NCBI GenBank assembly: GCA_964016885.1
Contig: OZ024741.1
Coordinates: 391,840,001 to 391,904,000 of the forward strand
Direction: 5' to 3'
DNA: 64,000 bases
From: Eledone cirrhosa
Lineage: Eukaryota
A model generated the notes under the pieces. The model searched no databases. It worked only from the letters and a program-made list of their open reading frames with translations, and was not told where the DNA came from. Within the stretch, counting starts at the first letter, position 1, and each line of letters opens with the position of its first letter. This document shows, in pieces, positions 26,301 to 38,126 of the stretch. Position numbers and translations under genes: made by a program.

Positions 26301-29300
26301 AGTCACCTCCAACTATTACCTCTTTCCACAACTGAAGAAACATCTCAAGGGAATAAAACTTCACTGATTTGGAAGTAATCGCTGCTATAGAGGCCTGGTT
26401 GGAGGCCAAACTTTCCAAGTTCTTTTTACAGGGCTTAGAAAAACTAAAAGACGGCTGCAATAAGTGTATAAACCTGAGAGGGGAATATGTTGAATAAAAT
26501 CATAATTAACTGATCCTTCTGCATTTTCTTTTACTCAAAGCCAGGATCTTTTCAGCACCCCATTGTATGTGTGTGTGTGTGTGTGTTACTACATAAATAA
26601 GAATTAGACATGAAAAATTAATAGGGTTAATATCATCATTTAAATCAGTTCATGGTGGCATCCCTGTATGACCAATAAAAGAATAGAAGAAAAGCTTTAT
26701 GTCTTCTGAGAGACAAACAAACAAAAACTGCTTCAATCTCAGGATTTACTAAATACCAAATTCTTACCTCTGGCAGCAAAATCAGAAGCAGCAGCTTTGC
26801 CCATTCCAGATGTGGCTCCTGTCACCATCACAGTCTTTCCTCTTAGTTGTTTTTTGCTCTGATAGGGGGTGCCACGTAAATATTGCCTGACAGGTAATAA
26901 ATTAAACATTATAATAAAATTCTGTCAATGAATTAGCCTATACATGACCATTAGGCCTGTTAAAAATAGCAACCAAATCTCCCACTAATCGCACTTTGCT
27001 GTCTTTAAAAGTAAAGGAGGGACAGACCAATTGGATAGTGTATTGAAAGTTGAAATAATACCTAAATAATCTATCACTGAGAAATTCAGTATATTTATAT
27101 ACTTAACCTTTCGTTAACATATTTCTAATAAAAAAAACACTGCCTTTGATTTTCAGACAATTTTGAAAATAATCAAGAGTTTGGAGGATAATATAGCTTT
27201 CTTATTCCTAAGCTGGTGCTTGGAGCATAAATTAACAAAGGTTCTTACATAAAATTATGATGGAAGTTTCTAGATAAATTTATATACTTTTAAAATAAAC
27301 AACTTTGTATGATAAAACCAGAGGCATTTTCAGGCAGTTTCTCAAAAAGGTTGGTTTTCAATACTGAATGTTTTAGTTTTGGTTGAGTAGTTTGATCAAT
27401 ATCCTCTTTATAACTATATTATAAATTGACAATACTTTATCAGAACTACAATCCTCCTAAAAAGTCTTGCTTAATATGCACCATCTTTGGCATAGTTTCT
27501 ATGGTTGGATGCCCTTCCTGATGCCAACCACTTTAGAATGTACTGGGTGCATTTTATCATGGCCACAACACTAATTATGTTATGTCTTTGGTGTGACTGA
27601 AGAATCCATTCTACCCTATGTCTATAATAATAAATGTGAAGTCCTGCCAGTGTGTGTGTCTGGAAAATAACTCAGGCCCCAGTGGATCTTATCTTATTCA
27701 TCATCCTTAGGCGAGACAGCAAGCACAACTTCATGCCAACAGCCTGTGTTTTTCATGAAGGTCATCCTTGTCAATTCCAGTGTCTCTTGTTATGGGAGCC
27801 TGTTATCTAAGTTTTCTGATAGAGATCTCCCGAGGTCTGAAACCAGTTGATCTACTCCAAAGTCTTTTTGGAATAACAGGAATATTTTTGCAGCCAACAA
27901 ATATTCAAAGGCATAAAAGCACTGAAAGTTCAGTTTGTGTGTTCAATTTTGCTCATTTTTGCTCATTCACACAGAAAGCAAAGGTTTAAGACATGCTAAG
28001 CACTTGAAGGCATGTGGCTGAGTGGTTAGAGAATTGGATTCGCAATCGTGAGGTTGAGTTCGACTCCTGGACCAGGCGATGCGTTATGTCCTTGAGCAAG
28101 ACACTTTATTTCACGTTGCTCCTTCTACCTGGAGTTGCGACCGATAGATAGTATTAGCAATTGGAAAGACCAACGGAAACATTGTTTCCTCGGTCCGATT
28201 TGACGAAAGTCAATCGTTCCTTTTTAAGCACTTGGCTGATTCAAAAACTATGAAAATGTTGGACATCTGTGGGTCAATAATTTGCATTAAGCATTTTCAG
28301 TCACCACTCAAATTTTAAATTATAGACAATTTTGAATTGCTGACCGCTGTCTATCTTGTGATGTTTAATAACTGTTGCTTACCATCTGACAACAGTTAAC
28401 GATAGCTTGCTTTGATTACTATTTTAATTATTGATTGAAGACTGTATTTACATGTTTCTTCATATTTTAAGATGCTTCGAAAAAGTCAAAACAAGCTATT
28501 TCAGTTGCTGCTTGAAAGAGACAAAAGAGAACTAATAAGATTCATGAAACTGCCTGAAAATGCCTCTGGTTTTATCATACAAAGTTGTTTATTTTAAAAG
28601 TATTTAAATTTATCTAGAAACTTCCATCATAATTTTATGTAAGAACCTTTGTTAATTTATGCTTTAAGCACCAGCTTAGGAATAAGAAAGCTATATTATC
28701 CTCCAAACTCTTGATTATTTTCAAAATTGACTGAAAATCAAAGGCAGTGTTTTTTTTATTAGAAATATGTTAACGAAAGGTTAAGTATATAAATATCCTG
28801 AATTTCTCAGTGATAGATTATTTAGGTATTATTTCAACTTTGAAATAAGAACCAAGAAGAGCAGTCAAAGCTGAACAAATAAGGAGATCCAAAGCAGCTG
28901 AAGATGACATGAAAATCTATTTGAGAAGACCAGCTGATGCACAAAACGAGATCAGTTTTGGAAAATGGATGTAACAGGACGATGATGATAGTAATATACA
29001 TATATATATATCATCATCATCATCATTTAATGTCCATTTTTCCACACTGGCATGGGTTAGATAAGTTATCCTGTTGTGAACAATGTTAGGTGAGGTGACC
29101 ATGTCGTGCTCATACAAAACCAATTTTAGTTTAGTTTCTACAGCTGGATGCCCTCCTAGCACCAACCTCATTTACAGTGAGAACTGGGTGCGTTTTGTCG
29201 TGATGCCTACACAACCACTTTACAGTATAGATTGTGTGGGCTGGGCGCTTTTTGCAGTACATGACCACTTTCATCATCATCATCTTCATTTAACGTCCAT

Positions 29301-32300
29301 TTTCCATGCTAGCATGGGTTAGACATATACATGTCTTCTTTTTTGCCCACCTATTGCTGAGAGGGTCATTGGGGAAAAGTTCTCAAACACCTTTCAGTGG
29401 GTCCAGTCAGAAGCAACTGTTTCCAACTGATTCGACTGGATCCCCAAGCAAGACCAGCCAAACTCATGGATGTTATCCAACCATCTTGCTTGGGGTCTAC
29501 CCCTGGAACACCTGTCAGTTGGTTTTGCTCATAAAATCTGTCCAGCAATTCTTTCCCGAGACATTCTATGCACATGCTCATATCGGAGCTGTGATCTCTC
29601 AGTTCAGAAAAGTAGTGGCTCTTTTTGGAGTGAATCTCTGATCTCCAAGCTATGCACCCTATTGAATAACATTACTCCAGAGATTCTTCGGAGGAACCCC
29701 ATTTTAGCTTCTTGTATTTGTGATTGTATTCTTTTGATCATTACCTAAGATTCGTGAACATAGGTAAGGGTTAACATGAATACTGAATTGAAAATAGCGA
29801 GTTTGGCTTTTACACCTACCTCACTTCGTCTGATTACTGAATGCTAAAGCTGGCACATTACTGCGCTAGCTCCTGCAATTCTTGGAAATTAATTCAGCCT
29901 CCTACCTTCCATCACAACTTGAACATGGCCTCGAGATACTTGAACTTTTCCACCTGCTTCAGTGGAACTCCATTCACATGTAAATGCACTGTGCAGGCTT
30001 CCTTCGAAAAACAACTGTCTCAGTCTTCGCAGCATTGACTTTCAGTTTAGTCATGCAGCACTTGACATCAAACCTATCAAGTGCATATCAGAGATGACCC
30101 TCTGATGAGTTAAGTAACACCATGTAGTCTGCAAATTCCAGTCGACTGATTTTACACTTGCAAGTCATGACACCACTTCCAACTCAGCTGCACATGTCAA
30201 TCCTGTTCATAAAAATAATGAACAAAAGAAGTGACAGTATACACCCTTGGCGAAGTCCGAGTCCCACATTGAATGGTTCAATTTAGCACCATTTATCCAA
30301 ACACAAATTCTTGGGCATTCATATAGAGACATCAGGGAAACAAGAAGCTGACCATCGATCTCATACTTCTACAGAACCTTCCACAGTAGGTCCCGTGGAA
30401 TATCATATGCCTTCTCAAGGTTGACAAAACAAGAATATATTTCTTGGCAATGCTCCCACAATTTCTCAACTACCTGCCACAATGTGAATATTTGGTCAGC
30501 TGTGCTGTGTCTGAGGTGAAAACCTCACTTTTCATCAGCTAGTTTGGACTCAACAATCTCCCTACATCTCTTTGCCTAGACTTTACTGGGGAGGCTTAAC
30601 AAGGAGATCCCTCTGTAATTAGAACCTCTCTTGTCTCTCTTTTTGAAAATTAGGATTATCACTCCCAATTGCCATAGCCTTGGTGCCTTTCTAGAGATCC
30701 AGGCCAGCTGGCACACACGAATCAGCCAGAGAATATTATCTTTATTTAAGGCTTTTAACATCTCGGGCTGAATACATCCTCCCCAGCAGCTTTGCTATAT
30801 TTGAGCTCTTTAGTTACTTAGCCTCCGAGAAATTGATCATCTCTCCCAGATGCACCTCGTGTACATCAGATGTTATTGTGATCAAGTTTAGGAGATCAGC
30901 AAAGTATTCTCTCCACCTCGCGAGGATGTACCTCTCTTGATTGAATCAAGGGGTTCTTCTGCCATTCGGTGCCACATCAAGCCGCTTTCACCTGCAACAT
31001 TTAACAGCCGAAAAAGAAACTGTTGAGCTGAACAATCTCCACTGTTTCAACATCCTCGGTTTTCTCAGTGAGTTCTCTGAATTTGGATGCAATAATATCT
31101 GCATACCTGGTCCTGACTTTCTTAACCACCAACGCTTCCCACTTTATCCTGTAGGTCAACCTGAACCTGATAGTTTGGTGGGCATCTTTGGCTTTGCAGA
31201 TAACTAGATGGTGATCAGTTGACAGCTCAGTCACTCTCTTACCAGGAACATCTAGCACAGTATCAACAAGATCAGAGACAATAACAAAATCAATTATTTC
31301 TCTGTCCCTGATTCCCCCTATACCATGTATATTTATGGATGCCTCTATGCTGGAAGGTGTCTATAGAGAATCTAATGCTAAAACAGAAGTCTAATAATGC
31401 CTCTCCATTTGTATTTAAATTGGGGTCACTGTTCCTTCCAATCGCTCCTTCTGATGTCAAGTGGTCAGTGCCAATATGTACATTGAAGTCTCCTATTAGT
31501 ATATATGACTGAATCTCAACTACATCTAACATTGCAATGACTCCTTGTTTGGTGCATAAACTTGCACTATCCACAGAGATCTATCTTTCAGCCTAAGTTT
31601 CAAGAAGCAAACCTCCCGCCTCATGAAATCCACATCATATCCCCATTCCTGCCTGTGCAATCATTTCTAGCACCACACCTGAATAGTGGAGTTTCCATCC
31701 TCCATCCAAGGTTACAGTACTAGAGCACAGAACTTTGTTGAAGGAAACCCTGACTATATCTAGCCTCCTCCATTAGTCCCTGCCCCTACCCATGGGGGTT
31801 GTGATGTACCAGGTTCCAATTATCAAGGTTTGTTCCATTCTGAACCCTCTTTAGGGTCTTAGGATATACAATCTTTGTGTGTCCCAGTTTTTACAGCTTG
31901 AAATGGAGATTGCATTATACTTTTCAAACAGACTCCTCTACTTAAGGTCTGAATGCGTCCCTTGTTAACCTGCGTGAAGGACGATGGAGTATGATTCTTT
32001 TTGTTACCTCTCACCATATTGCAGTTTCGGTGGTCTTATTCGCATCAGTCACTAATCTGGTACTTTTCTCAGACCCAAATATGTATGTATGCAAAAAGTA
32101 AATGGAAAACAACACAGCAAACAATATGGTACAATGAAGATATATACTAGTTTAACACTTGATATAGTAGGAAAAGAGTCTAAATGTTTCATTAGAAGGT
32201 AGAATCAGAAATTAAAGAAGAAATAGAAAGTTGAGTGAGAAGAAGAAATGGGACAAAACTTTTTTTGGAGAACAAGCATGTGTGTTGAGTCAGTCATTTT

Positions 32301-34737
32301 GGGGGAACTGCTACTTCGCTTCCCATCCTTTTGGTCTCAAAAAATATAAGCAGAAAAATTACTGGGGTTGATTTAATAAACATTCCCTTCCCACTATCCA
32401 AATTGTTGGCCTTGTGTTTAAAATCAAAATCATTATTACTACCAAGGTTAGCTTTGCCTTTCACCCTTAGAAGATTGATAAAACAAAGTACTAGTAATGC
32501 ACTGAGGTCGATAGAATTGACTTTCTTCTCCTATTCAGATTGCTGGACTTGTCCCAAAAGTGGAGCAATCATCATCATCATCATTATTATTATTATTATT
32601 GGAGGGCGGTGAATTGACAGAATCATTAGTATGTCAGACAAAATACTTTGCAGCATTTAGTTATGGACCTTTACATTCTGAATTTAAATCCTCTGAGGTC
32701 AACTTTGCCTCTGATCCTTCTGGTGTCAATAAAATAAGGTACCAGCAACGACCTAAGGTTGGTCTTTTCCTTCTCCACCAAAACAGTTGGCTTTGTGCCT
32801 AAATCTGAAACCATTATTATCACCATTAATATTAATAGTAACTGTTTACTTCAAAGTTTTGCTGATGCTGCAGTCTTATCAAAACAAGTGTTTTGAGAAG
32901 ACTCCTTTCTTTTTTCTTGTGAGATGTGTAATTTGATGTATATTTGGCTGCTATTTCTAGCAAGTCGAGCAAACGTGTAGAGGTTCCCCTTAAACAAACA
33001 TTTTTCATCTGGATACATGTTTCTAAAATTGAAAAAAAATAACTATAATCAATTATATTTTGGCTTTTATCTTAGCTTTAATTCTTTGGGGATATTTCGC
33101 TTTACGTATTTAAAATAGCAGACAATAAAATGAAATTAAAATGAAAGGTATGTTTTTTCTAATTTTGATTTTTTCTTTTCTTTTTTAAATCGATAAACTA
33201 ACTGGACAAGGTGAGGCGGTCGGATGAGTCCCTGAAAAGAAAGAACCTTGCCTAAGACTCCGGTAAAATTTAGTTTCATTTCATTGTCGGGTTTTCCTTA
33301 CACTTTAATTCACTTTCATTTTATTGTTAGTTATTTTATATACCTGAAGCGAAACATCCCCACTTCTATGTAAATATGTGATATAAATCTCTAAATTTCT
33401 ACTCCAACCTTGGAGACGTCATTCACACATTGACACCAAGCAATGAGACACATATAGCAACATTATTTGTCACTTTGCCTTTCATCCTTACGGGGTCGAT
33501 AAAAATAAAAGTACCAGTAATGCACTGAGTGATGCTGGCCTTGTGCCTAAAGTAGAAACAATTATTTGTCATGTCAGTCAACGAGTTCATGTTTATGACA
33601 ATATTTGAATTTAAATATTTATAAGATAACAGGGCAAATTAAACGGAAGGAACGTCCGCACACTAGTGACCTAATCTCAACACGATTTTCGTACTTGACT
33701 ATTTCGTTATATATTTTTTAATCCTACATGGCCTTATCCAATGTGTTTTAGTAGGGGTGATGTGAGGGAACTTTATTCGTTTTTATATAGGTCGAGCAAC
33801 AACGATGGCTGTTTTGTATACAGCCGAAAGTTGAAACATAAACGTTTTGAAACAGAAATTAATGTAACTATTTAAAATATGAGAATATTAAATAGAATAG
33901 ACCGTCAGATACGATAAACTAAATTTGAAGAATTTTATTTTAATTACATAGAAGATTGGATCAAGATTTGGTGTCGAATCTTCACATGCTAAGAACTCAA
34001 TTTTAATTACCCCTAGGTGTTTCCTCATAACTGCATGTTTTTTTTTTATGAAACTTTGTAGATATATTTTCAAAGGTGTAGATTGCGATTGTATTGATGA
34101 CATTTATGGTTCCAGAAATAACATTACGTCCCCATATGAAAACTATAACATTATCCTAATTCTTATTCATTATCAATATGAAATTGGAAGGCATGATGAA
34201 AAAATTACCGAGTTTACGCTTAGCTTAAAGGAAACATTAACGAAGGCAAGTATACAATAATTGTTTCTACTTTAGGCACAAGGCCAGCAATTATCCCAGT
34301 GTATTACTGGTACTTTATTTTATCGACCCCGTAAGGATGAAAGGCAAAGTCAAGTATACAATAAAGGCAAGTATACAATAATGAAAGTCTAAAATAAATT
34401 TCAGCAACATAATCGTAATCTGCACGCATAGTCGAATATATATTTTCTACAAACTTCCATAAAATATATGCATTAAGAAAGTTATGATGAAATGAAGCTG
34501 GAGGTGGCCACTAAAATGTTATGCCAACAGATTCTTATATCCTGTTAACATGACATGTGAAATGTTAAAATATAATGTTGAAAGAGTTCGATAGAATAGT
34601 ATTTATTATTTTAGTTAGGTAGCTGATATTTTAAATTACCTGAACGCGAATCCAAAACCACCGATAAGGGCAAATATAATTGGGAACCAAGAACTAAAGA
34701 ACGAATCAAACGAAGAATTAATTCCACCGCCAGCCAT
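18168..34737 (-). CDS. retinol dehydrogenase 11/12/13-like SDR, first 4 coding exons (34737-34640, 26886-26768, 22551-22396, 18272-18168); 3' part outside the window
   Basis: Spliced translation: [129 protein letters not shown]. It has an N-terminal hydrophobic anchor, TGxxxGxG, DL and NNAG motifs, and all introns are GT-AG with consistent phases. Internal exon sizes of 119/156/105 match those I recall for vertebrate RDH12. Confidence 0.93.
18706..19678. repeat. compound (TA)n/(TACA) microsatellites flanking an RTE 3' fragment (18890-19256, +)
   Basis: TA-rich tracts at 18706-18889 and 19257-19678. The intervening 367 bp matches the RTE 3' end and (GAT)n tail. Confidence 0.9.
19686..21184. 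mobile_element. cluster of older RTE 3' fragments in alternating orientation (19686-19930 -, 19940-20170 +, 20205-21184 -)
   Basis: GHVMRM, GRPRKTW and [18 protein letters not shown] remnants; each fragment is bounded by TA repeats. Confidence 0.85.
21240..22290 (+). mobile_element. probable Penelope-like element remnant with CA-rich interior
   Basis: Decayed minimal-hammerhead-like motif GTTT-CTGATCA..CAAAACGTC-AAAC at 22177-22212. No intact ORF; boundaries are uncertain. Confidence 0.35.
22396..22551 (-). CDS. RDH-like SDR coding exon 3
   Basis: ttttcag|(G)[51 protein letters not shown]|gtaact; 156 bp. Confidence 0.93.
23455..24445. repeat. local direct duplication (~260 bp); second copy interrupted by ~270 bp
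   Basis: TTATCATTTTGTCTTG..TCTTACTCCATGGACA..GCTTTGGCTTGTGTCAGA occurs at ~23466 and ~23931. The tail GTTTTGCCTTGTTTT occurs at ~23668 and ~24388. Confidence 0.7.
25315..26565 (+). mobile_element. mariner (DD34D-type) DNA transposon, near full length, pseudogenised transposase
   Basis: TA-flanked imperfect TIRs (GGGGCTGCTGAAAAATTCCTGGCTTT / AAAGCCAGGATCTTTTCAGCACCCC). Remnants [41 protein letters not shown] and HPLYTPD are broken by stops and frameshifts. Confidence 0.92.
26768..26886 (-). CDS. RDH-like SDR coding exon 2
   Basis: ctgtcag|(R)[39 protein letters not shown](G)|gtaaga; 119 bp; Rossmann TGxxxGxG motif. Confidence 0.95.
27046..28841. repeat. long inverted repeat: arms 27046-27341 and 28546-28841 (296 bp each), 1.2-kb spacer
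   Basis: The arms are reverse complements with about 5 mismatches by eye. Each comprises a TTAACC-terminated MITE-family sequence plus ~55 bp of flank. More diverged family members are at ~39550-39810, ~50740-50950 and ~51190-51352. Confidence 0.92.
28008..28190 (+). mobile_element. tRNA-derived SINE
   Basis: A box TGGCTGAGTGG, B box GTTCGACTC, then the body TGTCCTTGAGCAAGACACTTTATTTCAC shared with 44709 and 50997. Confidence 0.8.
29330..31830 (-). mobile_element. second RTE-like LINE family, decayed (APE+RT)
   Basis: Remnants [30 protein letters not shown] and [13 protein letters not shown]. Its 3' end is homologous to 55505-55990. Confidence 0.85.
33085..33362. repeat. imperfect inverted repeat (~65-bp arms) around a decayed hammerhead-like core, Penelope-like
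   Basis: TGGGGATATTTCGCTT..ACAATAAAATGAAA pairs with TTTCATTTTATTGT..AAGCGAAACATCCCCA. The central sequence is CGGATGAGTCC..GAAA. Confidence 0.45.
33475..34350. mobile_element. two short SINE-tail fragments in inverted orientation (33475-33567 +, 34258-34350 -)
   Basis: ACTTTGCCTTTCATCCTTACGGGGTCGATAAAA..GTACCAGTAAT..GCCTTGTGCCTAAAGTAGAAACAATTAT and its reverse complement. The second copy is flanked by duplicated CAAGTATACAATAA. Confidence 0.75.
34640..34737 (-). CDS. RDH-like SDR coding exon 1 (start codon)
   Basis: AAAC-ATG-G context; [32 protein letters not shown](R)|gtaatt; the phase matches exon 2. Confidence 0.85.
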
Positions 34738-36949
34738 GTTGCTGAGCTTCTATCACAGTTGTCTCCCTTGTGGTATATTATCTTTTTTTAAAAATGGGAC
34801 ATGAATAAATAAAATAAATTAAAATAGAATAAGATTAGAAATGGCCACAGGAGAGGGGGACTTACTGTATTTGAATACGTTTACTAGTTAGTTGACAGTA
34901 CTTAGCTCCCTTAGAAAGCAATACTAGTTACTATTAATTGGGCGATTTTTTTTATAGCAGGCGTGGAGGATACGGCTGACTGAGCTTACATCAAAAGAAT
35001 TGTTACAATTTGAAATCTTTACACGTGTATTTCTCAATGTCCCACAAACGATTTATAATGTCACTCCTTTCTTTAAAACTTTCATTCAATAGCATACCAT
35101 AAGAGGTCATCATCATCATCATTTAATGTCCACTTTCCCTATTTAAAGTTCTATTTTGTTTATTAAGGTGTAACAGTCAACATAATGTTACAAATAGAAA
35201 GAGAAAAAGAAAAAACACACAAGCAGGTCATATATACAACTAGGACCACATACAGCGAAAGGGGTGGGCAAGCGAACTGCTACCAAAGCAAAAGATAACA
35301 ATAACGCAAGGAGCACTGGGAAACCTCTCTAATAATTTTTGAGGCAAGGATTTGACAGGTCTTCACAGACCGAGTCAGTACTGAAGTGGATTCTTTGACT
35401 TCCTAGACATGCTGGGGATCTGGATCTCACATATATATAATTGCACGCTCTACCGAGTGCATTTTATCATGGCACCAGCACTAGGGAGGTTGCCATGTCT
35501 TTGACAAAACTGAAGGGGCCTCCCAACCCCTTTTTGCAAGCTTTCTATGGCTGGTTGCCCTTCCTATCACAAACCACTTTACAGCATGTACTGAGTGTAT
35601 TTATCATGTAGATCACCAACACTTGAGAGGATGTTGACACATCCTTATTGAGTGTATTGGGTGCATTTTCCATAGCACTAGCATGAAATGTTGCCAGTAA
35701 TTGTCCCAACTGAGTCCTCTTTGCTCTGTGAGGAGGTGGGGAAGAAAAAGAAGATAAGTTATGAATGTATGGCCAGTGGTATAATTTCAGAGGGTGATGT
35801 GTAGGGGAAGGAGGTAACTTCTGATAGTGTTGGAGGAGGGAATGTAGCGATGGTGAGAATACCTTAGCAGTGATAGTGAACGAGGTGTGCACAGTGTAAT
35901 AAATAGTGGGATTTGGGGGCACATTGTAGTGATGGAAAAAATAGCTAAGGAGTGCTACAGGGTGTATGGGTGTGGTGGGGGTGTGCAGTGATGGTGAGGA
36001 TAGCTACTAGGGAGTGCTCTATATTATATATTGTTGAACAATTACACAAATGAGACAAGGCTTAGTAGTTAATTAATTTATTGTTTTACAATCATTTCAG
36101 AGGGACAAGAAATTCATTGATGTATTGGCTAATTGATAACAGTTGTACAACCCCATATTATTAGCCTTGGCATCCGTCCTCAGAAACAACGGTTTGGGAA
36201 TTTTATTAAAAAGATACAAACAGTACAAGTTAAAGGTCGCTTGATATATCCAGGCTAAGAGAGGATATCCAAATAATGAATGAAAAATAAAAAAATTATA
36301 TAAAAATAAACTAACAGATAATATACAAATGAATAAAACCTTTTACACATGCATTCAAACACTTACACAAATACACATACATTTATGGTTATAAATGTGT
36401 GGGATTCATTATACAAATACATGCTGAGGAAGATGCTCCAGTCCCAATTGCTTGCTCAATTACTGCTGGTGTGCAATTGCAACTGTACTAACAGATAGTG
36501 CATCAGAAACCACTATGGTCCAGGTAAATATATATTTTCCCCTTGGTATTTGTTGTTTTTATCTACTGTAAAAGGCAAACATGCAGTCTAAAGGATTATT
36601 CTTGGTCTTTCCCTTCATTATCATAAGAGTCCACTCTGAAACAAATAATTCATTTTTTTAATCATTCAGTGTATAGAGACTTACCTCTAATAATTCAATT
36701 TCTGTTGCCTTTGTGCAAATGCAACTTTAATAAATTATTTGCATATATGTAGCTGACTAAACATACATGTGCTTTCCTCCTGTGAAAAATATTTTTTTGT
36801 TTTGTTTAACTCTTGTTCATTATTTACATGAAAAGGATTGACATGTGCAGCCAGATTGGAATGGAAATCAGTGCTGCAAAAACTGAGGCACTCGTCTACC
36901 TTACTTGTATATGTTAAATGGGTCTTTTTCATTGCTGCATCTCAGCACT

Positions 36950-37620
36950 AGTTACAGTCTGTCATCTCTTTTGTGAGATTCAGCCTCTTAAGATAAGCTT
37001 TCACTACTTCCTTCATCTTATTCTTCCACTCTTGTGACTTCTTCATTCAACACAGATTTCTCTCTTACACACTATATCTGATTCCTCTTATATCCAGATT
37101 TTACAACTCATTCGTACTGTTAGTCATACACACTAACATCACACAGCACAGCATATTCACCTCATTTTTTTCAAACCATTGCATTGAAAGCTCACACTGT
37201 GCAACAAAGCATTTCATACACAGAAATCATAAATGTCCTTCTTTTGGCTGACAACAATGTTTTTAGTACATCCTCATCCATTGCTAATTAGGTTACTTAG
37301 GCAACAGGAGCTACCAACTATTTTTAGAAAGCCCTTAGAATTCATTTCATGGTTGATCTTAGTAGTTAAAGCTCCTGTGTATTTGCTACATGCAAAATCT
37401 TCCTTCTCTGTTAGCCTGCCTGTGATCCCACCGTATTTTTGTGTACTCAGTTTATATGTACACACTATATACAACTCCTACCTACTCTTTTTCAGCATAT
37501 CGAATATGGCTACTTCTAAGATTCCAGTAGATTTCTGTCTTCTTTCCTAAAACAAAAACTGCTGCATTTCCAAGACCTCTTGAATGTATGCTTTGCTTCC
37601 ATGCTTGGAATTCCATCTGT
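36950..37620 (-). mobile_element. old RTE RT/C-terminal fragment
   Basis: Remnant KYGGITGRLTEKEDFACSKY..CCLSNLISNG is homologous to the RTE Cys-rich region. Confidence 0.6.
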
Positions 37621-37959
37621 AATTCTCCAACAGTCAGTCATTGCCATACAGAACTTCCCAGAGTCAAACTCTACAGTTAACCTTGGTTGGTAAACTTAAT
37701 CTTGAGTAGCAAACTTAATCCATTGCCTGGTATAACACCACTGACTGGTGCTTGGATGCCTTTAGTGGAGTCTATGTTGCAATCATTTAGGCCAGTTCTC
37801 AGATTTAAGGACACCTTCCTACCCACCATCAGTTCCGGGACCTAAAAAAGGGTCGTGGACACTGCCTTTCCATTTCTGAATAAATAACAGAGAAATTTGT
37901 TTTCTATTTTTATTTTTTCAAATATATTTTTATTTTTCTAAATCACAGCAGCTAACACC

Positions 37960-38120
37960 TGGTTCTGGTAAGATGTTTTGGTCAGACAACATCTGTTTCA
38001 TTGATAAGAATATTGGTCAGTCACATCTGTTTCATTGGTCAAAATGTTTGGCCAGGCATTTTACTAGTCAATACATCAATATCTGTTTTACTGGTCAAGA
38101 CGTTTTGGCCAGTCAACATC
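37960..38120 (-). repeat. ~4-5 degenerate ~35-bp tandem copies of the PUS10 terminal coding segment
   Basis: Minus strand: GATGTTGACTGGCCAAAACGTCTTGACCAGTAAAACA (coding + stop), then ..TGGCCAAACATTTTGACCAATGAAACA, GATGTGACTGACCAATATTCTTATCAATGAAACA and GATGTTGTCTGACCAAAACATCTTACCAG. Confidence 0.75.
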
Positions 38121-38126
38121 GACAGA
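38088..38126 (-). CDS. PUS10: PUS10 terminal coding exon
   Basis: ttatttcag|SVDVDWPKRLDQ-TAA. Confidence 0.92.
   Translation of the reverse strand, partial: SVDVDWPKRLDQ

Noticed and set aside
25519-26500. SETMAR-like host gene
   Set aside because: TA-flanked TIRs, multiple stops and frameshifts, and no SET domain: a dead mariner.
28008-28075. tRNA genes (also 44709 and 50997)
   Set aside because: The A and B boxes run directly into a shared SINE body, and no clean cloverleaf or acceptor stem was seen.
36560-36690. Extra spliced exons in the PUS10 3' region
   Set aside because: GTAAGT and CAG motifs are present but imply a ~49-nt intron and no coding frame; unsupported without RNA data.
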